Assembly (NCBI GenBank): GCA_002269645.1
Contig: NIVC01000910.1
Coordinates: 260,944 to 324,943, forward strand
Length of the DNA: 64,000 nucleotides
Reading direction: 5' to 3'
Origin: Macrostomum lignano
Taxonomy: Eukaryota
A model generated the notes under the pieces. It was not told the DNA's origin. It searched no databases and worked only from the letters and a program-made list of their open reading frames with translations. Positions 15,916 through 28,580 of this stretch are shown here, piece after piece (positions within the stretch are counted from its first letter, which is position 1; the number at the start of each line of letters is the position of its first letter). Position numbers and translations under genes: made by a program.

Positions 15916-16215
15916 CTCATGATTGCTCAGGAGTGCTCAGGAGTCGATGTCGCCGAAGGAGTTGCGCTAGAGCGGCCACAACTCTCCTGCAATTATTATT
16001 ACACGTATTTATACTCGTATTAGTAGGTTGGGTACTTCGATGCTGCATTCCATCCATCAGTCTGAGAATATTTCTACTGGTCCTATTTTGACACGATATG
16101 TATCGTAGTTAACTGTATCAAGCAGAAAATTGCGTTGATCTGAGAAATGTATATTAGGACTATTATTTAGACTTGCTTAGCTCACGATCCCATTGTCCAC
16201 AAATCCTATTTTCAG

Positions 16216-16293
16216 CATGGACAATGCCGATCTCTGCTTTGAGATTGTGAAGCGTGCAACGGCCGGTTTTGTATTCAGCGAAGGTGTGGCGAC
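16216..16293 (+). CDS. CASK: CASK exon, CaMK-like domain ([25 protein letters not shown]); first exon found in the window
   Basis: ttttcag acceptor and gtaagt donor; 78 nt; translation matches [29 protein letters not shown]. Too short to appear in the ORF track. Confidence 0.95.
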
Positions 16294-16421
16294 GTAAGTG
16301 ATGCGTTTTGTTGCCGTAATTAATGCACCTGCGCATTGTATGCCCGTCAATCGCGCTTCCGATACTAAGATTCTTATAAAAATTACATGATTTGGGATGC
16401 AAGTCCCGTGATAGAAATACT

Positions 16422-17225
16422 AATCCCGTCGTGATTTTGACACTAATCCCGTGATTTTGATACTAATCCTGTGATTTTGATACTAATCCCGTGATTTTGA
16501 TACTAATCCCGTGATTTTGATACTAATCCCATGATTTTGATACTAATCCTGTGATTTTGATACTAATCCCGTGATTTTGATACTAATCCCGTGATTTTGA
16601 TACTAATCCCGTGATTTTGATACTAATCCTGTGATTTTGATACTAATCCCGTGATTTTGATACTAATCCCGTGATTTTGATACTAATCCCATGATTTTGA
16701 TACTAATCCTGTGATTTTGATACTAATCCCGTGATTTTGATACTAATCCCGTGATTTTGATACTAATCCCATGATTTTGATACTAATCCCGTGATTTTGA
16801 TACTAAACCCGTGATTTTGATACTAATCCCGTGATTTTGATACTAATCCCATGATTTTGATACTAATCCCGTGATTTTGATACTAATCCCATGATTTTGA
16901 TACTAATCCCGTGATTTTGATACTAAACCCGTGATTTTGATACTAATCCCGTGATTTTGATACTAATCCCGTGATTTTGATACTAATCCCGTGATTTTGA
17001 TACTAATCCCGTGATTTTGATACTAATCCCGTGATTTTGATACTAATCCCGTGATTGCAATACTAATCCCGTGATTTTGATACTAATCTCATGATTGCAA
17101 TATCAATATGATTTTGATACTTATCCCTTAATTGAGATAGTAATATAGTAATTGCAATACTAATATAGTGATTTTGTGATACTAATCCCGTAATTGCAAT
17201 ACTAATCCCGTGATTGCAATCCTAT
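16422..17225. repeat. Minisatellite, 20-bp unit
   Basis: gtgattttgatactaatccc, highly homogeneous, decaying at the 3' end. Confidence 0.97.
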
Positions 17226-18123
17226 GATTAGAAATTAGATAATCCCGTAGTTGTATTGTATTAAAATTCATAGGACTGTGATTTACTTTCATTTTCATGG
17301 GTAAAGAGCGGAATCGCTGGGCTACTAAACTGTTGTGTATAAAAAGTCGCTCACTGTCGCTCTCACTCCTTGATTCTACGATTGATTGATAACTGGTTGC
17401 CTGGCTTCCTCTGTTCCTCTCTCTCTCTCTCTCTCTCTCTCACTCATTTGATTCGAAGCCTATTTATTTACCTCACTTCCCTAAAGAGTCCGTATTGAGC
17501 TGGTCGTATCTAGAGTGGACGGTAGGGCTAGGGAGCTGGGTGTGTCGCAGATAAATAAGATCAATAAAGTGGACTCTTGGGCTGTGTCTACTCTCCCTCG
17601 GCCCTTTCTCTCCCCCCCAATCACTCTCCTCTTAGTCTCGAAGTCGCCCTGGTTTTCCCCACAGGGTTTCAAATTGTTCTAAGCACTGAGAGGGTTCTAA
17701 ATAGGCTATTAAGTTAACCAGTTTTAGTCTACTAGTTATTGATTAAAAGTACATTTAATGGTGGCTAGTGCACCTTGTCAATTGTGTTAAGTAACATTTA
17801 CCAAAACTTAACTAATAGTTTACAGCTTAACTAATAGGCCCTGATAGAGGCAAAAACGTGTCTCCAATTTTTGCCCAGGTATGAAAGTAAAGGTTTGGGT
17901 GCTCCAGGGGACCAGGGACATTGCATGCTAAGGACCACTAAGACTGATACTTTCTCGGAAAAGAAATTTGAAGGTTAACTTTTCACGAAAAGTACATTAC
18001 AGTGAAGCACAATAGAGTACGAGTAAGTTAGGTTATAACTAAGAGGTGTTTTAAAACGTTGCTACCTAAAGTATAGAAAATCCATAGCATCTCCTTGATT
18101 ATGAAATCCTCATTCACACCCAG

Positions 18124-18299
18124 GCACTACATGCGCCAAATACTCGAGGCCGTGCGCTACTGCCACGAGCACAATATAATTCATCGCGACTTGAAGCCGC
18201 ACTGCGTCCTGCTTCACTCCAAAGAGAATTCGGCACCAGTGAAACTTGGCGGATTTGGCATCGCCGTGCAGCTGGACAGCGACGGTCTGGTTCCAGGAG
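18124..18299 (+). CDS. CASK: CASK exon, CaMK-like catalytic loop ([50 protein letters not shown])
   Basis: cccag acceptor and gtcagt donor; 176 nt; carries the CASK-diagnostic KPHC and GGFG (in place of DFG) motifs; phase 2 in, phase 1 out. Confidence 0.97.
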
Positions 18300-18450
18300 G
18301 TCAGTGACGAACTGAGGCATGGGGCGGAATTCGTGTATTTTACAATTTACAAGCTACCAGATATGCTCAACAGCAGACAAAAGTGCCCAACCCAAGGACT
18401 ATAATTCTGATGCATGAATTATGTGAATTGCTCACGAGCAGCTAGTAGGG

Positions 18451-18652
18451 CAGACCAAGGAGTTCTATAATTAGCTATCTGGATTAGAAACGAGTTTTTC
18501 ACTTTCACCTCATGAGGCCAGAATAGCATAGACAAAGTCAGACAGAGTCATAGACATTCAGTGCTGGCTGCTTATCCTTAACAATTTCCGTGGCCTCATG
18601 AGATAAAACCTCGTTCCACTCCAGATTGCTAATTATAAAACTCCTTGGACAG
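18451..18652. mobile_element. MITE-like element with ~60-bp inverted arms
   Basis: 18455-18520 (ccaaggagttctataattagctatctgg...ctcatgaggcca) is the imperfect reverse complement of 18591-18648. Confidence 0.75.
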
Positions 18653-20019
18653 GCACTCCCCAGACTAAGACGCCAAAGGTAATCCCGCGGAAGTATTTGC
18701 CAGGCGTCCGCTATCGCCTGCCGCAGCTGAGCAACGCCTTACCCTTCACCCACCCATAGACGAGTTATTTTGTCTATGGTAGAACTGTAGAAGAGAGGTC
18801 GCCCGTAGAAGAGTTGATAATTTTGGCCATAGACATCAGCACAAAGAAGGATGCCAGCAGCAACCTCTATTATAGACTGCCAGTGACGTTTTTTGATCTT
18901 GTACAGTGTACAGAAGTACATATGCAGTTAGTGGTTTTTATGTTTTCTGTAGTTTGCCGATTGTAATTTAAAGTTTACATTGTTTTCAAAACTGTTGTTG
19001 ATTTTTTAGCTCATTGAAATCATGCTCAAGCATCGACTGCCATTCAGTAAAGATCTGTCGTTTTCTGTCTATGTCTATGTCTGTGGGCAGTGTTTTGACC
19101 ATAGACTAATCATAAACTGATTTTTCTATTTTTTTGACGAAATGCATTGCATCAAATCTGGTGTTTTATCGCAGGCCTATTATCGGATGGGAATCGAAAA
19201 TATGCAGTAGTATATGTTCCAGTAGTATGTTTACCCTGCCAGATAATGCAGCCTGCAGCTAAGTTCCTGGCTTTCAAATGATCTTTGTATAAAAATACAA
19301 AAACTTCAATAATTTCTAGCGCATTTCACAGAGATTGGATAGTTAAGCAGATTCAGCCGCGGTTAGTAAGCAAGTGAGGTCGGAGAGAATTTATATTGCC
19401 TAAGATCTTGTCTAGGAACTCGCACACTTAGATAAAAGCCTTACTGTCAGACGTGCTAGAAGAAGCAAAGTCGTGTTGCCGTGAGAGCGCAGATAAGCAA
19501 CGAGAGATTTCTCTCCAAAGGGGGTAATTGTGCCGCCTGATAAAAATGTTTTTGTAATGTTACTATTTAGCTCGTTTATAAGTACATAGCTATTATGCAT
19601 ATGTACTGCTTTACTTACTACAGGCACGCCAATTAATGTAGACCAAGATATCTCTATAAGCCTAAGACCCGACCAGATGGGTAAGCAGATGCGCCTTCTG
19701 CCTATCAGCAAATATCACCGTTGGCTGACAGATTCCGCCCTTAGAAATTGTGTCCGTTATTTGTGTCTGGCCAGTGGGTGTATTTTGTCATTTTTGTACT
19801 TGTATGAGAACTGATAAGTGGCCAACAGACAGATAAGCAATTGTGCTATTGTGTTATTATAGAACTCGGCCTAACTTTTTATTTGCAATCCAAATTAGAT
19901 TCGCAGTAAAACGCGCTTTACCAACTATTTTAAGTAGGATTTGGCAAGTTTTTCTGCTTGCTTTAGGTTTTTAGGCTCAAATTTGATTTGTAATATTGCA
20001 TTGGAGAGTTAAATGGCGT

Positions 20020-20250
20020 ACCGGCTGAAGGACTTAAATGGGGTACCCACTGAAGGATTTGAGTGGCGTACCCACTGAAGAAATTGAGTGGCGTACCCGC
20101 TGATGGACTTGAGTGGGGTACCGCTGAAGACCTGAGGGGTACCGCTGAAAGACCTAAGGGTACCACTGAAGAACCTGAGGGGTACCGCTGAAGGACCTGA
20201 GTGGTACTGCTGAAGGACCTGAGTGGTACTGCTGAAGGACCTGAGGGTAG
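20020..20250. repeat. Minisatellite, 21-22-bp unit
   Basis: gtaccgctgaaggacctgagtg variants. Confidence 0.9.
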
Positions 20251-20300
20251 CTGCACCCTATACACAGCTATCTACCTCATACTCACCTACAATCCCTCAG

Positions 20301-20476
20301 GCCGTATCGGCACGCCGCACTTCATGGCCCCGGAGGTTGTCCGTCGCGAGCCGTACGGCAAGCCTGTGGACGCGTGGGGCTGCGGCGTTCTGCTGTTCAC
20401 CCTGCTGAGCGGCTCCCTGCCCTTCTGCGGCACAGGCAATTTGCTGTTTGAGCAGATCCTTAGCGGCCGGTGTCGG
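20301..20476 (+). CDS. CASK: CASK exon, kinase subdomains VIII-X ([41 protein letters not shown])
   Basis: ccctcag acceptor and gtaagc donor; 176 nt; phases fit both neighbours. Confidence 0.97.
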
Positions 20477-20643
20477 GTAAGCGTATTTATTTATTTTCTA
20501 GGACTCCAGCAGATACTACTCTTAGTAAATACGAGTATTCATTATTGACTGCTTTTTGAAGTGAGTAAGTACGCGCAAAAATTGCTAGACTAGCTTAGGG
20601 CTTGCTATGCAATCATAAGGGCCACACTGCCCCCGCTCCCCAG

Positions 20644-20935
20644 ATGAAGCCTCGCGTGTGGAGCCACATATCCACCGAGGCGAAAGACCTGGTCAACCGG
20701 CTGCTCGACCTTGACCCGAAACGGCGAATGACAGTCGATGAGGCGCTCCGGCATCCGTGGATTGCCGACAGAAGCCGGGTGCCCAAGCTGCACCTGAGCG
20801 AGTCTGTGGAAGAGATGAAGCGGTTCAATTCTAGGCGGAAGCTGAAAGGCGCCATCCTAGCTGTGGTGTCCAGCGCCAAATGGGCCGCCGAAGGCGAGGA
20901 ACGGGACCCGTTGGAGGACGAAGTCGCTGCCGCTG
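20644..20935 (+). CDS. CASK: CASK exon, end of kinase domain and CaM-binding segment ([17 protein letters not shown]...[19 protein letters not shown])
   Basis: ctcccag acceptor and gtgagg donor; 292 nt; matches CASK RKFNARRKLKGAVLAAVSS. Confidence 0.95.
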
Positions 20936-20954
20936 GTGAGGGGCAAAGCTTGAT

Positions 20955-22790
20955 CTCATTCCCCCTTCTCAGAATCTCATTACCCCTTCTCACCATCTCA
21001 ATCTCCCTTCTCACCATCTCAATCTCCCTTCTCACCGTCTCAATATCTCAATCACCCTTCTCACCATCTCAATCTCACTCCTCACCATCTCAATCTCCCT
21101 TCTCACAATCTCAATCTCCCTTCTCACCATCTCAATCCCCCTTCTCACAATCTCAATCTCCCTTCTCACCATCTCAATCCCCCTTCTCACCATATCATTC
21201 CTCCTCAATATCTCAATCCCCCTTCTCACCATCTCAATCCCCCTTCTCACCATATGATTCCTGCTCAATATCTCAATCCCCCTTCTCATCATCTCAATCC
21301 CCCTTCTCACCATCTCAATCCCCCTTCTCACCATATCATTCCTGCTCAATATCTCAATCCCCCTTCTCATCATCTCAATCCCCTTTCTCACCATCTCAAT
21401 CCCCCTTCTCACCCTCTCAATCCCCCTTCTCACCATCTCAATCCCCCTTCTCATCATCTCAATCCCCCTTCTCACCATCTCAATCCCCCTTCTCACCCTC
21501 TCAATATCTCAATCACCCTTCTCACCATCTCAATCTCACTTCTTACCATCTCAATCCCCCTTCTCACCGTCTCAATATCTCAATCACCCTTCTCACCATC
21601 TCAATCTCCCTTCTCACAATCTCAATCCCCCTTCTCACCATCTCAATCTCCCTTCTCACCATCTTAATCACCCTTCTCACCATCTCAATCTCCCTTCTCA
21701 CAATCTCAATCCCCCTTCTCACCATCTCAATCTCCCTTCTCACCATCTAAATCCCCCTTCTCACCATCTCAATCTCCCTTCTCACCATCTCAATCCCCCT
21801 TCTCACCATCTCAATCTCCCTTCTCACCATCTCAATCCCCCTTCTCACCATCTCAATCCCCCTTCTCACCATCTCAATCCCCCTTCTCACCATCTCAATC
21901 TCCCTTCTCACCATCTCAATCCCCCTTCTCACCCTCTCAATCCCCCTTCTCACCATCTCAATCCCCCTTCTCATCATCTCAATCCCCCTTCTCACCATCT
22001 CAATCCCCCTTCTCACCCTCTCAATATCTCAATCACCCTTCTCACCATCTCAATCTCACTTCTTACCATCTCAATCCCCCTTCTCACCGTCTCAATATCT
22101 CAATCACCCTTCTCACCATCTCAATCTCCCTTCTCACAATCTCAATCCCCCTTCTCACCATCTCAATCTCCCTTCTCACCATCTTAATCACCCTTCTCAC
22201 CATCTCAATCTCCCTTCTCACAATCTCAATCCCCCTTCTCACCATCTCAATCTCCCTTCTCACCATCTAAATCCCCCTTCTCACCATCTCAATCTCCCTT
22301 CTCACCATCTCAATCCCCCTTCTCACCATCTCAATCTCCCTTCTCACCATCTCAATCCCCCTTCTCACCATCTCAATCCCCCTTCTCACCATATCATTCC
22401 TGCTCAATATCTCAATCCCCCGTCTCATCATCTCAATCCCCCTTCTCACCATCTCAATCCCCCTTCTCACCATCTCAATCCCCCTTCTCACCATCTCATT
22501 CACCCTTCTCACCATCTCAATCCCCCTTCTCACCATCTCATTCCCCCCTTCTCATCATCTCATTCCTCCTCAATATCTCAATCCCCCTTCTCACAATCTC
22601 AATCCCCCTTCTCACCATCTCATTCACCCTTCTCACCATCTCAATCCCCCTTCTCACCATCTCATTCCCCCTTCTCATCATCTCAATTCCCTTCTCAGTA
22701 CTCATTCCCCCTTCTTAGCATCTCAATCTCCTTCTCAACACCTCAATCCCCTTCTCACCATCTTATTCCTCCTCACCATCTCAATCGCAC
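20955..22790. repeat. Pyrimidine-rich minisatellite, 21-bp unit, with a 520-bp higher-order duplication
   Basis: tctcaccatctcaatccccct repeated; 21564-21746 and 22084-22266 give identical translations in the ORF track. Confidence 0.97.
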
Positions 22791-23929
22791 CATCCTTCCC
22801 TTTCAGCATCCATTCTATAATCCCTTAATTCCCCTAAAACTCCTGAAGTCTCCCTGTGGCCGATCCCTTTTGGCCACCCACTAGACTTCACTGATTTTCA
22901 CTTTTGTATACAAGCTAATTATCTCCGACTTGTTTCCTGTAAATCCATAAGTTCCACAAAGCTTTGTCAACAAGTATCTGCAGTTGATATACTTTATCAG
23001 TCAATGCTGATTAGAGACTGGGCTTTAACCATGTGCCACGTATCATTTGTTGTATGTCAGTAGCTGCCGTGATTAATTTGTTCAGTTCTCTGGCCAGTTC
23101 TGCAAGAGTGAAGAGTTGGTTGGTTGGCATTGAGTTCGGCTTTGCCAGACTGTAGACTATATAGTGGTGTCCTGCCACACTGCTTGTTTGAGAGGCCGAT
23201 CGTATGTCAGTAGGGGAAATACAGCGAGGCATAATAAGCGCGCGCGAACTCCAGTTGAGCTGCTAGACAGAGAGAATAAGTGGCCTGACTGGAGTCTGAT
23301 TCCTGTGTTTTCTTTCCTCTGTCTGTCTCCCTGAGTGTGATAGAGAATTTGGCAGAGAAACTGACTTATTCCGCCTCTCTTGGAAAGCTCTGTCTAGCAT
23401 TTTCTCTCCCTCTTAGCTGGAGCTATGCATTTATTTCCCCTGGCATTAGCCGCGGATTTTGGTGTCCTAGGCTGCTGATAGTTCTGGAGGTTAATCAAAG
23501 TCTGCCATCCATCCCTCTCAGTCTGTCCTAGTGCCCTGTTTTCTAATACTTTACATCTGAAGTAAGATATTTGCCTATCTGCTGGGCAATGAATTCACAC
23601 ACTAAGTGTAGTTCTCAAATAAGACACTTCGACTTCGAAAATACGCACTTGGATTTATAAAATGCGCTTCAAATGGAAGAAAAAATCACCTCTATATTAA
23701 ACTCCAAGCATACCGGAAGACTGTTTTTTACCACTTTTCATGAAGTGAAGAGTGTTCATAGTCAACATTTCCATCTCTCTGTTACAGATCCTTCGAAACA
23801 TAAATACAAGACGTACATAAAAAACGTTGTAGCCTTGTTTATGGGAATACATATTTGTACAGATTGGACCTGTCTATGGTCCAAATTCAAACTTTCATTA
23901 CCCGTTTTGAAGAAGTAGGTAGAAGATCT

Positions 23930-24258
23930 GGCGCGGCGATCCCAGCGGCCCAGGCTCGTTTCCAAGTGCAGTCGCATTAATTTGAGGTTAAATTGGAATC
24001 TTGGCTTGGCTCTGCTTGTGCAGCTAACGCCCTTAAGGGCCAACCCCCAAGGCACAGTGAAGTGTACATGCCTAACGATAAATAAAGTTAAGGCCGCTGT
24101 ACACTCCTGTGTGAGTGTGTGCCTGTGCGTATGACTGCATAAGTATCCGCGCGCTTGTGTGCCTGCTCAGGGGAGTCGGCGGAATGGGCAGCAATGCCTC
24201 TCGCCGGTTGTGTGACAATGTCGCTTTAAAATGTGCCAGAGTGCACACAGCCCCTGCC
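23930..24258 (+). mobile_element. Dispersed repeat family X, copy 3
   Basis: About 260 bp is the reverse complement of 45260-45520; ends gccagagtgcacacagcccctg (TIR starting CAGGGG). Confidence 0.75.
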
Positions 24259-24878
24259 TAAAGAATGTATAAAAAGTTAACTAAAGTATAAAAATATCTA
24301 GAAAATCACACCTAATCGTTGATATTTATAGAATTATGAAAAAAGAAGATCCAAAAAATGCTTGAACTAGTTTCTCTATTAAAGTTTCTCCAAAATCGAA
24401 TCAACAAAGAGAATGTAAGCCGGCGTGGGAACAAATTCCTCAATTTAGCACATGCCATTTGAGCGATTTCAGATATCCATCTTACTCTGTGCACACTGGC
24501 AGAAGTGCACGGCCTCAATATTCTCTTATCCTAAAACGAAGCGCGACTAGAGTCCGTGATCATGCCTTTTTCATCACGCCCCGTGTGCTAACCATCTCTC
24601 TGATTACATCCAAGTAGTTTCGTTAATCCTGTATACCCCAATACTAAAGAGCCGCTCTGTGCTTCTTAGCCCCGCGCTGTGCGCACTTGTTATCATATTA
24701 ACCATCTTGCCGCGGTCAACTCCTAACACACACAAGGAATTCTAAATTAGTCTAGTTTGTTTATTTCGCAAAGTATAGATTTTTTCATAAGTGTGTTGGG
24801 ATCGTATAGTGTAGAGCACAGGTTTTACAATCGAGATGATTTACACTCATACGGATAAAATGAATATAACGGATTGCA

Positions 24879-25170
24879 AGCGTCGGACTCACGACTTGAA
24901 GGTCAGGGGTTCGATTCCCGATCCCACTCAGAACAATTTGTGTCCTTGAGCAAGACACTTAACTCTGCACTGCTTCAGTTCACCCAGCTGTAAAATGGGT
25001 GCCAGCATTAGCTGGGGTAATTGAGGGTGTGTGGCGACCCCCCAGTCCTTGGACTGAACAGCCGTACGCAGCCTTCTGATGGGCCGCGCAATAGCTGCAG
25101 CTGAGCTATCGGTTGCACTTCTGGTCTAATTGGGGCAGGTGTAATCAATTCTTTTTTTGTTAATATTATC
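24879..25170 (+). mobile_element. tRNA-derived CORE-type SINE, 5'-truncated copy
   Basis: B box GGTTCGATTCC; central TGTGTCCTTGAGCAAGACACTTAACTC...CTGTAAAATGGG; body shared with the copies at 33635 and 41656. Confidence 0.85.
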
Positions 25171-26142
25171 GTCATCTGCAAAATTTTTCTAGTCGAAGAT
25201 TTCAGATAAGTGGGAAGGTGAATTGGGTGCAGATCAGGAGGGTAGGTGTGCGCGACTGAGGAAAGAGGTAAGGTTAAAGAGCCTATCAGAATTGCGGAAG
25301 AGGGTAAGAGAGAACTAGACAGAGAGAACAGTAAACAGAGAGATTGAGTCATTAAGTGCAGATTAACGGCAGAATTACCAAGGGTGATCCCCCTAACAGT
25401 TATTTTGCACGCTGCGCCATCACGGAGCAACGCAGGCACACGAAATTAAAGAAAACACGGGCTTAACTTTTTGTTGCGCTTAGAAACGTTTGAGATTGGC
25501 CGAAACAGGAGGTAAACTTATAGGCGCACATTGCAAGTCAAAAGCGGCGCAGCAGAACATGCGTTAAAATATTATAGCTTTTTTATTAGGACTCCAAAAG
25601 AAGCAAAAAACGCCTCAACGAATGGTCTGCAACGTGTATGAATTCCAGATTGTGATGCAAAATTTAGAAGCAAGACTGGTGATTGGCTGATTGTCTCATC
25701 ACCCTATCCAATCAACTGTGTTGGAGAAAACTTTACTAAAATAGGCGATTGACTATTTATTTTTGATAAAATTAGTCGTCCATTACAGAGTTCCTTTGTA
25801 ATCGTCAGTTTTTACCTGTTTAATAATTTCCATATGGCTAATTAGTCTCTAGTTGAGTAAACATAATTTAATAACTGCGAGTAGATAAAATATTTAAATA
25901 TGATTGCCTATCGGAGGGTGCCCTCTTACAAAGGTAAGTTCTACCTTGCATCTTTACATAGTTTATATTTTTCTCTTATATCGAAGGGCCCGGGTTCGAT
26001 TCCTGTTCTAGCCATAGTACCGGTATTGTAGCAGTGTTCAAGCCAACTAAATATAACTAACTTACGTGTACTCATGTTACCACTATACCCTTTCTCCTTA
26101 TAGTTTCTCCTAAAAACTGTATTAATTTTTTCAACAAGTCAG

Positions 26143-27200
26143 GATAGTGAATGCTGTCAGGATAGTTAACACTGCCACAATAGTGAATGCTGTCACAATA
26201 GTGAATGCTGTCAGAATAGTGAATGCTGTCAGAATAGTGAATGCTGTCAGAATAGTGAATGCTGTCAGAATAGTGAATGCTGTCAGAATAGTGAATGCTG
26301 TCAGAATAATGAATGCTGTCAGAATAGTGAATGCTGTCAGAATAGTGAATGCTGTCAGGATAGTGAATTCTGTCTGGATAGTGAACACTGCCACGATAGT
26401 GAACACTGCCACGATAGTGAAAACTGCCACGATAGTGAACACTGCCACGATAGTGAACACTGCCACGATAGTGAATGCTGTCAGAATAGTGAATGCTGTC
26501 AGGATAGTGAATGCTGTCAGAATAGTGAATGCTGTCAGGATAGTGAATGCTGTCTGGATAGTGAACACTGCCACGATAGTGAACACTGCCACGATAATGA
26601 ACACTGCCACGATAGTGAACACTGCCACGATAGTGAACACTGCCACGATAGTGAACACTGCCACGATAGTGAATGCTGTCAGAATAGTGAATGCTGTCAA
26701 GATAGTGAATGCTCTCACTGCTATCAGGATAGTGAATGCTGTCAGAATAGTGAATGCTGTCAGGATAGTGAATGCTGTCTGGATAGTGAACACTGCCACG
26801 ATAGTGAACACTGCCACGATAGTTAACACTGCCACGATAGTGAACACTGCCACGATAGTGAATGCTGTCAAGATAGTGAATGCTCTCACTGCTATCAGGA
26901 TAGTGAATGCTGTCAGAATAGTGAATGCTGTCAGGATAGTGAATGCTGTCTGGATAGTGAACACTGCCACGATAGTGAACACTGCCACGATAGTGAATGC
27001 TGTCAGAATAGTGAATGCTGTCAAGATAGTAAATGCTCTCACTGCTATCAGGATAGTGAATGCTGTCAGGATAGTGAATGCTGTCAGGATAGTGAATGCT
27101 GTCAGGATAGTGAATGCTGTCAGGATAGTGAATGCTGTCAGGATAGTGAATGCTGTCAGGATAGTGAATGCTGTCAGGATAGTGAATGCTGTCAGGATAA
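26143..27200. repeat. Minisatellite, 18-bp unit with two variant types in blocks
   Basis: gatagtgaatgctgtcag and gatagtgaacactgccac. Confidence 0.97.
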
Positions 27201-27740
27201 ACGGATAATGGCTTCATGCATCAGATGTATGCATATACTATATATTTCTTCCCTAAAACGACCTTGACTCAGTAAGGTGAGAAATAGTACTAGTCTTAAA
27301 ATAAAACTAATGGAGCTTCTATCCCCTGAAGCAGGTCAGTTAAAAGCCAGCTTAAAGAAGTGCATCTCTTTAGCTTTTAGACTCTGTTTGCTGTTTAATT
27401 CCGCCTCAGCGAGAGCCAGCATGACTGCATAGCTGTATACCTTTGCCAAAAAGAACAGATTATACAAGAGGTAACAATCTTAGGCTAGCCTTCCTTTGAC
27501 AGTGAGGTATCTCGTGTTGCTAGTCAATGTAGCTAAGTTATTTTAATATTCAACAGCCTACGCCTATCTTGGAGCTTTGTAATTAATGATCTCTGTCTTT
27601 ATTGTCGACTCTGTCATACATTTTTTGAGCCAATTAGTTTCATTTGTATTCGCACGCAATAAAATGATATTATATAAGGCTACCGATTAGTGAGTGTCTA
27701 CAGCAATTGCAAATATTTGATCCTCTTAACTCTTTATCAG

Positions 27741-27859
27741 CCGTGTCGACCATCTTGGACAGCCTGGAGGACATGCAGTGCCTCACCGATTGCAGCGAAC
27801 AGGATCGCGACCTACTGCAGGGCGTCTTCGAGGACTGCGCGCTGCTCTCCCTGCTGGAG
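27741..27859 (+). CDS. CASK: CASK exon, first L27 domain (AVSTILDSLEDMQCLTDCSEQDRDLLQGVFEDCALLSLLE)
   Basis: ctttatcag acceptor and gtaggc donor; 119 nt; matches [26 protein letters not shown]; ends in phase 0. Confidence 0.95.
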
Positions 27860-28019
27860 GTAGGCTCATTGTTTGTGCCCGAATTTGCTGGTACATGCTG
27901 GATTGGTAGTTATATGCGCGTATTTTGCTACTGTTGCTACTATGATCAGTTCTTTATCAGATGTTTATTATGCTAACATCTATTTTTTCTTAAATGTTTT
28001 TTAATCAAATGGTAGATGG

Positions 28020-28580
28020 TAGATTACTAGATTGATAGACTGATCGATTGATAGGCTGGTCGATTGATAGATTGATAGACTGGTTGATTGATAGATTGAT
28101 AGACTGGTCGATTGATAGATTGATAGACTGGTCGATTGATAGATTGATAGACTGTTCGATTGATAGATTGATAGGCTGGTCGATTGATAGATTGATAGGC
28201 TGGTCGATTGATAGATTGATAGACTGGTCGATTGATAGATTGATAGACTGGTCCATTGATAGATTGATAGACTGGTCGATTGATAGATTGATAGGCTGGT
28301 CGATTGATAGATTGATAGACTCGTCGATTGATAGATTGATAGACTGGTCGATTGATAGATTGATAGACTGATAGATCTATAGATAGATTGATAGACTAAT
28401 GTATTTATAGACTGATAGACAGATTGATGGACTGATAGATTGATAGACTGATAGATAGATAGATAGATGGATAGATAGATTGATAGACTAATAGATTTAT
28501 ATACTAATAGACTGCTAGGTTGATTAATAGATTGATAGACTGATAAATTGATAGACTGGTAGATTGATAAACTGGTAGGC
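28020..28580. repeat. GATA-derived minisatellite, 24-bp unit, grading into (GATA)n
   Basis: gattgatagattgatagactggtc repeated. Confidence 0.95.

Noticed and set aside
18124-18299. GFG instead of DFG and KPHC instead of KPEN as a novel kinase lesion
   Set aside because: These are the standard, well-described features of the Mg-independent CASK kinase domain.
26072-27217. Long ORFs over repeats (e.g. 381 aa HYPDSI, 309 aa at 34174, 226 aa at 48698, 199 aa at 10214, ORFs at 54018-55280)
   Set aside because: They are stop-free translations of minisatellites, open in several frames and on both strands, with no domain content.
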